DNA of 64,000 nucleotides from Phyllobates terribilis (taxonomy: Eukaryota), in the NCBI RefSeq assembly GCF_046119375.1, contig NW_027362761.1, positions 350,300,001 through 350,364,000 on the forward strand, read 5' to 3'. Positions 11,017 to 23,229 of the stretch are shown in pieces (within the stretch, counting starts at the first letter, position 1; each line of letters opens with the position of its first letter). Position numbers and translations under genes: made by a program. The notes beneath the pieces are model-generated. The model ran no database searches, was not told the DNA's origin, and worked only from the letters and a program-made list of their open reading frames with translations.

Positions 11017-12555
11017 CATGGGCGTACCCAGGATCAAAACTAGGGGGGGGGGGCAAGCCATGGTCACAGATACCGAAGAGAAATATATATATAGTACAAT
11101 GCAAAGATTTCACTTCTTACATTACATGAGTGATATCTATTGTAAATTCCACAATAACTCAGAAACCGGCGAAACGCTCCATACAGGATACTGGCCCCCA
11201 TATAACGCTTCATACGGAATACTGGCCCCCATATAAGGCTCCATACGGAATACTGGCCCCCATATAACGCTCCACACAGTATACTGGCCCCCATATAACG
11301 CTCCATGCAGGATACTGGCCCCCATATAACGCTCCATGCAGGATACTGCCCCCCATATAACGCTCCATGCAGGATACTGCCCCCCATATAACGCTCCATA
11401 CAGGATACTGGTCCCCATATAACGCTCCATGCAGAATACTGGCCCCCATATAACGCTCCATGCAGGATACTGGCCCCCATATAACGCTCCATGCAGGATA
11501 CTGGCCCCCATATAACGCTCCATGCAGGCTACTGGCCCCCATATAACGCTCCATGCAGGATACTGGTCCCCATATAACGCTCCATACAGAATACTGGCCC
11601 CCATATAACGCTCCATACAGAATACTGACCCCCATATAACGCTCCATGCAGGCTGTTCCCCACACATAATGCCTCATGCAGGCTGTCCCCCCCCCACATA
11701 ATGCCCCACGCAGGCTGTTCCCCCCACATAATGCCCCACGCAGGCTGTTCCCCCCACGTAATGCCCCACGCAGGCTGTTCCCCCCACGTAATGCCCCACG
11801 CAGGCTGTTCCCCCCCACATAATGCCCCACGCAGGCTGTTCCCCCCACACAATGCCCCACGCAGGCTGTTCCCCCCACACAATGCCCCACGCAGGCTGTT
11901 CCCCCCACACAATGCCCCATGCAGGCTGTCCCCCCCCCATATAACGCCCCATGCAGGATGACACCCCCCCTCCCTTATAATGCCCCATGAAGAATGTCAC
12001 ACACCCCCCCTCCCTCATAATGTCCCATGCAGGATGTCACCTCCCCCTTATAATGCCCCATGCAGGATGTCACCCCCCCTATAATGCCCCATGCAGGATG
12101 TCACCCCCCATTATAATGCCCCATGCAGGATGTCACACACCCCACCTCACCCCCCTCCCTTATACTGCCACAGGCCTCCATACAATAAAAAAAAAATCAA
12201 ATACTCACCTCACGTCTCACCTGCTGCCGCTGCTCCGGACTCCTCAGCGTCGCCAGCCTCATCCCGCTCTGCGCTGTGACTGCTCAGGAGAGAGCGCGGT
12301 GTAAAGACGTCACCGCGCCATCTGACCTGAGACGTCACAGTGCAGCAGCCGCGGAGGATGCAGGAGCTGCTGCGGAGGCACGGGGAGGGGTAAGTATTGT
12401 GCCGGGTGCCGGGGCCCTGAGCAAGCAGGGGGGAGCGGGCGCTGACGGTGAGGAGACCCCCTGCCTGCTCAGGGCCCCAGCATTTGCCGGGGTGCGGACG
12501 TCAGCCCTGGTGTGCGGCGTGCGGCCCTGCTTCTAGGGGGGTGGGTATTCCCGTG
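11017..12555. mobile_element. Non-autonomous hAT element with 30-bp minisatellites, nested in the Tc1 TIR
   Basis: TIRs CATGGGCGTACCC / GGGTATTCCCGTG; exact 8-bp TSD TCAGTAAA at 11009-11016 and 12556-12563; the Tc1 TIR continues across the site. Confidence 0.88.
11172..12150. repeat. 30-bp minisatellite ATATAACGCTCCATGCAGGATACTGGCCCC grading into ATAATGCCCCACGCAGGCTGTTCCCCCCAC
   Basis: Tandem units read directly, with a unit switch near 11640. Confidence 0.93.
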
Positions 12556-13509
12556 TCAGTAAATTAGAATACTTTATAACACCAGCTTGAAAAATGTTTT
12601 TAAAATCCGAAATGTTGGCCTACTGAAATGTATGTTCAGTAAATGCACTCAATACTTGGTCGGGGCTCCTTTACTGCATCAATGTGGCGTGGCATGGAGG
12701 CAATCAGCCTGTGACACTGCTGAGGTGTTATGGAAGCCCAGGTTGCTTTGATAGCAGCCTTCAGCTCGCCTGCATAGTTGGGTCTGGTGTCTCTCATCTT
12801 CCTCTTGACAATACCCCATAGATTCTCTATGGGGTTAAGGTCAGGCGAGTTTGCTGGCCAATCAAGCACAGTGATACTGTTGTTTTTAAACCAGGTATTG
12901 GTACTTTTGGCAGTGTGGACAGGTGCCAAGTCCTGCTGGAGAATGAAATTTCCATCTCAAAAAGGCTTGTCGGCAGAAGGAAGCATGAAGTGCTCTAAAA
13001 TTTCCTGGTAGACGGCTGCGCTGACTTTAGTCTTGATAAAACACAGTGGACCTACATCAGCAGATGACATGGCGCCCCAAACCATCACTGATTGTGGAAA
13101 CTTCACACTAGACCTCAAGCAGCTTGGATTGTGTGCCTCTCCACTCTTCCTCCAGACTCTGGGACCTTGATTTCCAAATGAAAATATTGGAACTCTGGGA
13201 CCTTGTGGATTGTGTCAATGACTGCCTTCTGGACATCTGGCAAGTCAGCAGTCTTCCCCATGATTTTGGAGCCTACCGAAAACAGACTAAAGGACCTTTT
13301 TAAACGCTTAGAAAGCCTTTGCAGGTGCTCTTTGTTAATTATTTTAATTTACTGAGATAATGACTTTTGTGTTTTCATTGGCTGTAAGCCATAATCATCA
13401 ACATTAACAGAAACACTTGAAATAGATCACTCTGTTTGTAATGACTCTATATACGAGTTTCACTTTTTGTATTGAAGAAATAAATTTACTTTTTCATTCA
13501 AATTACTTT

Positions 13510-13768
13510 TGGGCTATTCCTAGCACTTGTTTTGCCATCCAGCTTGTCCTATTGCAAGAGGATTGTGAAGACCACAGCAGTGTTTTTTATATTTCCCTCG
13601 TTACATAAGATTTGGTTCAGGTGATCACCTAATCAGAAGCACATTAAGTAGAATGAGGTGGACTTTGGTTGGAATTCAACTGACACTGGAATGGAATGGC
13701 TGTCAGACATGTAGAGATGGTGATTTTTAGAAACCTGTGCAGTGGTCTCTTAATTTTTGCAAGAGCTG
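13510..13768 (-). mobile_element. Terminal fragment of a different Tc1-like element
   Basis: Ends in TGCAGTGGTCTCTTAATTTTTGCAAGAGCTG followed by TA, the reverse complement of a CAGCTCT...AAAATTAAGAGACCACTGCA Tc1-type TIR. Confidence 0.55.
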
Positions 13769-13829
13769 TATGTCTCTCATACCGGTATATATGTCCCTTA
13801 TCCTGGGCCCATCCTGGTATATGGGTCCA

Positions 13830-14128
13830 GTAATTGATGCAAAAGGAGCCCCGACCAAGTATTGAGTGCATTTACTGAACATACATTTCAGTAGGCCAAC
13901 ATTTTCGATTTTAAAAACATTTTTCAAACGGTTATAAAGTATTCTAATTTACTGAGATAATGACTTTTGTGTTTTCATTGGCTGTAAGCCATAATCATCA
14001 ACATTAACAGAAATAAACACTTGAAATAGACCACTCTGTTTGTAATGACTATATATGAGTTTCAGTTTTTGTATTGAAAAACTGAAAAATTAACTTTTTT
14101 GATATTCTAATTTAGTGAGATGCACCTG
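13830..14128 (+). mobile_element. 3'-end fragment of the 10825-type Tc1 in opposite orientation
   Basis: GATGCAAAAGGAGCCCCGACCAAGTATTGA (last transposase codons) through TTAGTGAGATGCACCTG and TA; reverse complement of 10825-11016 joined to 12564-12680. Confidence 0.85.
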
Positions 14129-14421
14129 TATGTCCCCCCTTTTGGGTCCATCTTGGTATATATGTCCCCCATTTTGGGCCCATCCTGGTATATAGGTCCG
14201 CTGTTCTTGCAGTGTTCTTTAACGCATAAAAAAATAGATGATTTTTGTGTGGTGTCTTCTTCTGTAGCCAGCAGCCAACTTCATCATGCAAGTGACAGGC
14301 AGCTCATGATGTCACTGCTCTGTGTCCTCACTCACGGGCATGCCGACATCAGCTGCCAACCTCTGATTGGCCAGCGGCTTGTATTGCTTTTGTTATGGAT
14401 CAGGGGGTGAAACCTCTGTGA

Positions 14422-14984
14422 TGTGATACAAGGAGGGACCAGAGGGGCGTAACTAAGTGCCTACCCGGACTGACCCAGGCCACACGGTGGCTTAGTCGAC
14501 TCCGTGAACCAAGGAGGGACCGGGAAGGTGAGCCAGGTGCCACTCTGGGACCGACCTTGTGTGAGAGCAGATGACTCCCACGGGACTGATGGCCGAGGCT
14601 GACAGGCACAGCAGATGAGCACGGCGGGTAGACAAGCAGGCGGGCACGGCCGACAGGCAGGCAGGCGGGCACGGCTGATAGGCTGGCGGGCACTGGAACC
14701 TGAGGACTGAGGAGAGTGTTAGCACAAAAACAACAATCTTGCACAGGCACCTCCATTTTGGAGGAGGTGCGTTATACAAGAGCAGTCCACCGGCCATTGG
14801 CCGGGGACTCTTTAAGACGGCGCGCGCGGCCCCTTTAAGAGGGAGCGCGCGGCCTAAGTACAGTGCCGGGGAACTGCGCGCTATGCGCGCACACCGGGGC
14901 GAAAGCAGGAGGGGAGCCGGAGGACCGTAGCGGTGAGGGGATCGGCGTCTCTGCCCGACAGGAGGCTGGGACGCCGATGCTACA
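14422..14984 (-). mobile_element. 3' LTR of the Gypsy element (563 bp)
   Basis: On the minus strand the polypurine tract AAAGAGGGGGTAC is followed directly by TGTAGC; the LTR ends GTATCACA at 14422. Confidence 0.8.
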
Positions 14985-17900
14985 GTACCCCCTCTTTACG
15001 CCCGCAAGAAATCTTTCTAGAAGACAAGGAGCGTGAATGTTCTCCCTGGACTCCCAAGACCTCTCCTCAGGACCAAACCCCTTCCAATGCACAAGAAAGA
15101 AAGTCTTTCCTCTTCCCCTCTTGATGGCCAAAATATTCCCTACCTCAAAGATGTCCTCAGCAGAGACTGGAGCTGGAATGGTACCTGGATCATCAGAGAA
15201 AGGATTAAGGAAAACAGGCTTGAGGAGAGACACATGAAAGGAATTGGGAATCTGTAAGGAGGCAGGGAGTTTCAGCTTGTACGCCACTGGATTTATTTGG
15301 TTCAAAATCTCGAAAGGACCGATGAACCGCGGGCCCAACTTGTATGATGGTGTCTAGAGACGGACATATTTAGAGGAAAGCCAGACCTAGTCTCCCGGAC
15401 GAAATAGAGGCGGATCCAGACGCGTCTTATCAGCATGCCTTTTCATCCGCTCGGAGGACTGAAGAAGCGCAGATCTAGTGTCTTCCCAAATCACCGAAAA
15501 GTCACTGACGAGAGACTCCGCGGCAGGATTGTCCACTGAAGAAGAGACAAGAAACGGAATTCGGGGGTGTCGACTGTAAACCACAAAGAACGGGGACTTA
15601 GCAGAGGACTCACTCACTCACATGGTTGTTATAAGAAAACCCGGCCCAAGGCAGAAGTTGTACCCAATCGCTATGGTGAGCGTTGACAAAGTGCCAAAGA
15701 AAACTGGTAAGGATCTGATTAATACGTTCCACCTGACCATTGGACTGAGGATGATAGGCCAAAGAAAAGTCCAAAGTGACATCCAGCAGCTTGCACATGG
15801 CTCTCCAGAAGCGAGAAGTGAACTGAACTCCTCTGTCCGAGACAACGTGGAGGGGTAAGCCATGGAGACGAAAGATGTGACGGATGAAGTCCTTAGCCAG
15901 CACAGGTGTGGACGGAAGACCAGGCAAAGGAATGAAGTGAGCCATCTTGGAGAAGCGGTCAGCAACCACCCATATGACGGTAGAACTGGCAGATACCGGA
16001 AGATCAGTGATGAAGTCCATAGCAATGTGTTGCCAAGGAGCAGAAGACATGGGGAGAGGAAGAAGACAACCAGCTGGAAGGTGCCTAGGTATCTTGTTAC
16101 GGGCACAGGAGGAACAAGCCGCGACAAAATCCGCAACATCCTGGTGGGCCACCAATAATGTCGGGCAATGAGCAGAAGCGTCTTCCTCTGGCTGACATGA
16201 CCAGCCAGTTTGGACGAATGACCCCAGAGTAAGTCCCTCTTCCGATCCTGAACCGCTACAAAAGGTCTTACCAGGAGGTAGATGAGACAGGTCAAACGGA
16301 GCAACAGTCATTATTCTGGAGGGGTCAGTGATGTGTAGAGGCTCCTCTTCTTGGTTGGTAGACAGGAAAGAGCAGGATAGAACGTCCGCTTTAATATTCT
16401 TGTCTGCTGGGCGGTAATGGAGAGTGAAACTGAAACAAGCAAATAAAGACCATCTGGCCGACGCAGATTTAGTCTTTGGGCGGTCTGCAAGTAAGCGAGG
16501 TTTTTATGGTCAGTGTAGATGACCACCGAGTGCAGAGCTCCCTCAAGCAAGTAGAGCCTCCAGCGCTAGTTTGATGGCCAGCAGTTCTCGATCTCCTATG
16601 GAGTAATTACGCTCGGCCGAAGAGAAGAGTTTGGAGAAGAAGCAGCAGGTCGCTATTCGCTCGGACGAGGATTTCTGGGTGAGCACTGCTCCGGTCCCGG
16701 AGGAAGAGGCATCAACCTCTAGAAAAAACTGTTTATTGCAATCTGGACGATGTAGCACTGGAGCGGAGGGGAAGGCTTGTTTAAAGAGAGACAAAGGCAC
16801 TTTCTGCCTCGGGAGACCATTCCCTGGGATTTGCTCCATTACGGGTGAGAGCAGAGATGGGAGCAGTCCGGGAGGAGAAATGAGGAATGAAGAGGCGGTA
16901 ATAGTTAGCGAATCCCAGAAACAGCTGAATACACTTCAACCCCTCAGGTCGGGGCCACTTTAAGACGGCAGACACCTTCTCGGGATCCATCCGCAGTTCG
17001 GTCTCAGAGATGATATACCCCAAAAATGGTAGGGAGGTCTGCTCAAAGAGGCATTTCTTGTACTTTGCATACAGGCGATTCTTCCGGAGCCTCAGCAGTA
17101 CCTGACGAACATCCCTCCGGTGAGAGGGCAGATCAGGGGAGAACACCAAGATATCGTCCAGGTACACCACCACGCAGGAATACAGGAGATCTCGGAAGAT
17201 GTCGTTCACTAACTCCTGGAAGACGGCTGGAGCATTACAGAGACCGAAGGGCATCACGCGGTACTCGTAGTGACCATCCCGAGTGTTGAATGCCGTCTTC
17301 CACTCATCTCCCTGACGAATCCGAACCAGATTGTACACCCCACGAAAATCGAGCTTAGTGAAAATCTTCGCGCCTTTTAGGAGGTCAAACAGCTCCGAGA
17401 TGAGAGGCAGGGGGTAATTATTTCTGATGGTGATCTGGTTTAGGCTCCTACAGTCGATACATGGACAAAGAGAGCCGTCTTTCTTTCTGACTAAGAAGAA
17501 TCCTGCTCCAGCCGGGAGAGGTGGATTTCTGGATAAATCCCCTAGCAAGATTCTCTTCTATGTACTCAGATATAGCACGGGTCTCGACCAGCGACAAGGG
17601 GTACATTCGCCCTTGAGGAGGTGAAGCACCAGGTATTAGGTCGATGGGGCAATCATACGGCCTATGAGGTGGTAGTGTCTCTGCCTCCTTTTTATCAAAG
17701 ACATCCGCCTATGACCAGTAGGGTGCCGGCAGGCCAGGTAGGTTAGCTGGAGTATACGGAGGTCGAGCAGGACGAACCGGAACCAGACAGGACTTATGAC
17801 ATTCCTGACCCTAACGGAGCACCTCACCCGAGCTCCAATTCAGGACGGGCTCATGTCTCCGTAACCAAGGCAGGCCAAGCAGAAGGGGATGAGAGAGACC

Positions 17901-18172
17901 GGACAGCAAATAAAAGGAGATCCCCTCCGAATGTAGCATTCCCACCTGAAGAGTCACAGGCTCAGTGACAAACAAGATGGTCTCAAAGAGAAGCTTTCCA
18001 TCCACAGAGAAAACCGCTAAAGGATCAGCCAGACGTATGGTAGGAGTCTGATATCGCTCCACAACGGCCTGTAGAATGAGGTTTGGGACATCGGGAAGAA
18101 TAATTGTCCAGAAAAGAAAAGGTGAGTGATGATTTGAGTCCTGCGTCATGCCAATAGTAAAGTATCCTGAGA
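14985..18172 (-). mobile_element. 5'-truncated, frameshifted Ty3/Gypsy chromovirus pol (protease remnant-RT-RNase H-integrase-chromodomain)
   Basis: RT 16781-17548 (KLDFRGVYNLVRI, MPFGLCNAPAVFQ, VYLDDIL); RNase H 16543-16839 (EVDASS, RELLAIK); integrase 15610-16311 (C-SSC, MDFITDLP, SDRGVQFTS, QSNGQVE); GPF motif and chromodomain (FLVHWKGFGPEERSWE) at 15010-15338. No gag or 5' LTR. Confidence 0.95.
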
Positions 18173-18625
18173 ACATTCATGTGTACGGTTCCTTCTCATC
18201 CAAGGCAGTGGGCTCACTTATAATTTTGTCTAAGAACACTGCCATGAATAAAAAATGGGATCTACACCTCCTCCACGAGTAACGTCTCCCATCGATCAAG
18301 GAGCAATTTAGTGATGAAGAATGAAATGCTTTTTCTTGTATGATAGAGACTATGTCACAAGGCAAAAATGATAAATAAGTGCCCCAGGAAGCAAAACATT
18401 TAAATTTTGGGTCCATAGCCAGGAAATTCTCCAGATCTCAATCCAGCTAAGAACCATTGGTCAATCCTTAAAAAGCAGGTGGACAAACAAAAACACAGAA
18501 ATTGTGATAAACTCCAAACATTGATTAGGCAAGAATGGGTTGCCATCAGCTAGGACTTAGCCCAGAAACTGATTTCCGGAATGCCAGGGCGAATTGCAGG
18601 GCATCTTGAAAAATAAGGCTCAACA
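18173..18625 (+). mobile_element. Degenerate Tc1 transposase C-terminal fragment
   Basis: Reads through stops as (W)PGNSPDLNP.KNHWSILKKQVDKQK..NCDKLQTLIRQEWVAIS..LAQKLISGMPGRIA. Confidence 0.75.
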
Positions 18626-18924
18626 CGGTCCTCAAAACCAGCATTGTTCACGCCAATCTTGATGAGGAGTCCTGATTCATGAAGAGATGCATGCCTCATG
18701 AATCTGGAGCATCTGACAAGTGGTGTGTACTAAGCCAGAAATCTCACTCCAGTCAGGGACGGAAGTGAGTATTCTGGCATACGGAATGCCGTACAGAATT
18801 AGATGAGCTGTGGTGTTATGCCCCTGCCGTGCGTCCGTCCTGCTCCAGGTTTGCCCATTTTGGCGGAGCTTGGAGAAACTGGCGTGGAAATGGCAAAAGT
18901 TGCGCCTGGATTTTGTGACTTTTA

Positions 18925-19345
18925 GGCTGTGTGCCCACGATGCGTTTTTTAAGCGTTTCCGCAGCAGCAAAAATGCTGTAGAAACGTTTAAAAAACGTAT
19001 GGTAGAAGGCCGGCCATGTTCCCCAATGATAATCCGCATGTGCTGTGCACGTGCTGCGGAAATTTCCACTGCGGATTATCATTGCGGAAAAAAACGCAGT
19101 ACTACCAATTATTTTGCGGAAGTGCTGCGTTTTCGCCGCAATTGACTTGCATTAGAACGCATGTATTTCACTTCACTAGATAAGCACATGCGGAATACAT
19201 GCGTTCAATGTGCGGATGGTACCCAGGTCTAGAGAAGAGGAGACTCTCTTCCAGACCCGGGTACCATAGAAAACTGTATAAAAAAAAATAAATAAATAAA
19301 AAATAAAATAAAAAATAAATATATACTTACCTTCTGGCAGCCCCC
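18925..19345. mobile_element. Partial MITE of the same family as 29035-29917, inverted relative to it
   Basis: GGCTGTGTGCCCACGATGC terminus; the segment TGTGCGGATGGTACCCAGGTCTAGAGAAGAGGAGACTCTC matches the reverse complement of ~29610-29670. Confidence 0.65.
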
Positions 19346-21652
19346 CCATATAAATTGGTGGTTAAAACTGGGGTTTTATTCCTAATAAAGAAGTGTTCTT
19401 AAAGTTAAACTGAAAATTCATGTATTGTTATTTTCAATTATCTGATAGAAGTATGCTTGCAACATTAATAATTTTTTTTAAATTTCTCTTAATTTATCAT
19501 ATGCATTGCCCTTATTGATTCCACTGTATTTGTCATCATCAGGATTGTGGTGGGCAGACTTTCTGATACAGCCCATGCGACATGTGCCGCTGTCTAGACT
19601 ACGAGACTTTAATTCTCTCCTTGCATGCTTCAGTCTGTCAAGGACACAAGGATAAAACAGCGGAAAAATTGTGCATGCTCAACTAGGTGTACATAATGGA
19701 CTCAGGGGCATATGCAATGAGCACATGACATAAACAAGGCCTTACATATAAAGGCAACGTAAAAATTGTAACGAGGACATGGAATACAAAGATCATCCTT
19801 CATGTATGGCAAAAGCGGCACACGTTTGTGTTGTTGATAAAGGTACTGTAAGGATACATTTATACTGGCTGATCTGTGGCTCTAAAACAAGGGCTGTTCG
19901 GTTACATAGAAGCGTTATCAGCTATTGTTTAATAGGATATTGAGACAAGCCGACCACACTTACATGTGTACAGAATAATCGTTACTATGATCATTCTGTG
20001 CACATAGAATAGGATTGTTCTCGGGAACACGTTCACATGTCCTGTTTACACAGAATGATGTGCTGTCGAGAACGAGGATTTTTAAGCAAGCTTAAAAATG
20101 GTTTCCTCCGACAAACAAGCAATTACTCATTCATCAGCCTCTTTAGACAAGGCAATTATCAAGAAATTAGTTTTCCTAGGAATTCTTGTTCCTAATAATC
20201 CACCACTAAAACTGCAGCTTAAAAATGAGCATTGTAGTCTCCCTGCGCAGCTGTGCTCCAGTAGTAGCAAACAGAAGCGTGACTAGTAATGCAACTTTTG
20301 TCATTTACTTCTTTTGGAGCGTGCAAAAATGGGTAATACATCATGCACGTAACCAGGTATCTCTAGACACTACTTTGGAAGGAGAGATGATGAGAGTTGA
20401 AGTATATGCAACTAAACATAAATTTGCAGAGTGCTTTATTTGCAGCATGGCTGTAGTGTCCATCAAGGAACCCACTACTGCAAAAGATCAAGTGCAGAGG
20501 GGAGGACTTCAGCGTTCGGGACCACCTATGGTACACTTGAAGCATCTGGTGCCTGAACAAAACTCTATTTCAAGAGTAATGCTAACGCTCCACACGTGTA
20601 TACATGGGCAGGTCTCCAGGTCTCCTATCTATTCCTGACAGTTTTGCAAAGTCAAATGTGCTGTCTAATTTTCTTTATCCTGCCTGAATAACATAATTAA
20701 AAAAGACACAATAGAAAACGAAAGTTAATGAACTATTAAGAAAAGTATATACACAAATATGTTCACCCAAGGGCAAAAGAACTGAGAAATAAGGCACACC
20801 ACTGGATTAAATCACCAGGTTATTGTAAGTGCCAGACCGCTGATCTGACCTTCACAGCCTGATGTCGCAACAGTCAACAACTGGTGAACATACAGCACAC
20901 ATTCAGTATGTGGCTGTGTGTACTTTTACTCATAGATTACCTTACTTTTTCTGTGTAATATGTTTGCTTTGTCTATTTTATTGCAGACACATTGGGGGAG
21001 ATTTAGTATAGCAAATGTGCTAGTCAGAATTCAGGGGCAAAGTGTACCCAAAACCTAGCGTACATGCAATACGTCTGATTTCTTACATTTTAGACAATTT
21101 TTACACTTTACTGCTGTCTAGAAAAAGGGACAAGGTTGTGACCTGCATTTTATTGTCTGACTAGGCATTTCCAACTATTTCCTGTGAGAAGAGGACAAGG
21201 CCATGAAGCAGAGACCCCCAGAAGATCATAAAACAGAAACCTATGAGAACCAGGTGAGCCTGTGGAGAATTATGTAAGGTGCTCCAAGGCATTAGTATAG
21301 AAAAAAAGGTTGGATCATCCCTTTAAGTGCGCCATAGTATGTGATGTAGTCACCAATGGTTCATCCCGCTGTGTAAGAAAAGCCTACTTTATATACAGTA
21401 CATGTGATTGATGTATGACATTTTGAAGTGACTTTCATACTAGGGTAGGAAGTCTGTAGAACCTCAGACTCCTTAACCCCTTCCCCATACATGTACAGTG
21501 CAGTGGGGAAGGAGTTCCCTCAGGTTCCATACATGTATAAAATAGTATGACAAAAGAAGAAACACCCCCTAAAGATATTATGATGACTAATGTGTTATAT
21601 TGCTGTATTCACAGCACCATCTTTTTACAGCGCCACCCCTTTGGAGGTCTTA

Positions 21653-23229
21653 CACTGATGAGCAAAAGGGTAACAATGGTTTGAATTTTTGACTTTCAGG
21701 CTCCATATCTCACCATCCACTACTGCTTTAAACGTAAGACTACTATCATTTTATTGACAATCATCTTGGCCATCACATACATAAATTTAACTTACAACTA
21801 TTTAGCATATGATTAGTTATGCAGATTTATGTCATGTCACTGCATTGTTACTGTTTTGCTCCTAAAAATCTAAATTGTAATTTTTATTATTTTGTAAATC
21901 CACCTTTGACTTTCAACACTGCCTGAATTCCTCTGGGCATGCACTCAAACAGATTCAAGCATGTCTCGACGGATATCTGATCCCAGGTCTACATTTTCCC
22001 AAAGTTGGCACATACTGGTTGACTCACCTGGGTATGTATACAGCTTTTTCTTCAACTCTACACAGAAGTGTTCGAATGGGTTGAGGGCTGGGGACTGTGG
22101 GGGCCAATCCAGCACCTCTAGTTCATGGTCATTGAACCATTTCTTCGCCAATCTCAACATATGCTTCAGGTCATTGTCCTTCTGGAACGTTCCTTTCATA
22201 GCCAACATACTCGAGTGTACGAAGTAACTCTTCTTGTAGGCTACTCACATATAGCTCAGCATTGAGACCACTATCGATCCTGATCAAGTATACAACACCT
22301 TTGGCTGTTAAAGAACCTCCTATCAATCAGGCTTCCTCCACTGAACTTGACAGTTCCTTCAATTTCAATTAGATCCCTTAACCCCCTTTTCCCTTGTTTC
22401 TTCCAGACCAATTTGCACCCATCAGAGCCAAGCTGACTTCAGTCTCAGAGTTCCATATCACCAGTTTCCAAGCTTCTACTGTCCACTTTTCTTTTTTTTT
22501 TTTTTTTTGTTGCAAGCTGTTGCTTATGACTATAATGAAATTGAGGCTTCTTCACCTTTTTCAGGCCACTATACCAGATTTCTGTAACGTGCGTCGCAGG
22601 GTGCTTGCATGGACGTCTGTGATCTCACTATTGCAAAGCATACCAGCCACCTCCACGGCCATGTTTGTCACACCAGAACTGATAGACCCTGTGAGGAGCA
22701 GACTTGTTGACTGAAATATTTAGCCTGGACGTCCACCTCTTGGCTTTTGAATGGATGGACAGACTTCATTTTGTATTCTTCCAACAGTTATGACACTCAC
22801 ATAATGCAGTTTGGCAATTTTCTTGGCCAAGAGACCACTATGGATGAGCTGGATAATGCGGTTTTTCTTTTCTTGGGAAATCTTCTACGACTGCTCCTCG
22901 ATTCGAACCAGTGACCTTTCCCTTGGCCATCAACCTAATAACACACTGAGCTATTAGGGAATGTGAGAACAGGTTGATATTTGTAGCATACAGGAAGAAA
23001 AAGATTTTTCCACCACCAGGAGCAAAACACTAACAATGCAGTGACATGACAAGAATCAGCATAACTAAATCATAACCTAAAAAGTTGTAAGTTAAATTTA
23101 TGTATGAAATAACCACGATGATTGTCTATAAATTGATGGTAGTCTCATTTCTGAAGCAGTGGTGGATGGTGAGATATGGAGCCCAAAAGTCAAAAGTTCA
23201 AAACCTTGTTACCCTTTTGCTCATCAGTG
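21653..23229 (-). mobile_element. Degenerate Tc1 (DD34E) element, 1577 bp
   Basis: TA-flanked TIRs CACTGATGAGCAAAAGGGTAAC..., with similarity over ~170 bp. Minus-strand transposase remnants: ISQEKKNRIIQLIHSG...KPRGGRP and FQKDND...WPPQSPALNPFEH. Confidence 0.9.

Larger units (their letters stand above)
10825..13500 (-). mobile_element. Internally deleted Tc1 (DD34E) element, interrupted by an hAT insertion
   Basis: TA then CAGGTGCATCTCACTAAATTAGAATATC terminus at 10825. Transposase C-terminus at ~12636-13190 (APVHTAKSTNTW...WPANSPDLNPIENLW). Opposite TIR remnant at ~13345-13495 lacks its outermost bases. Confidence 0.85.

Noticed and set aside
6479-12018. Repeat arrays as CRISPR, or their ORFs as proteins
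   Set aside because: Units are contiguous with no unique spacers, there are no cas genes, the context is eukaryotic, and the arrays lie inside hAT elements.
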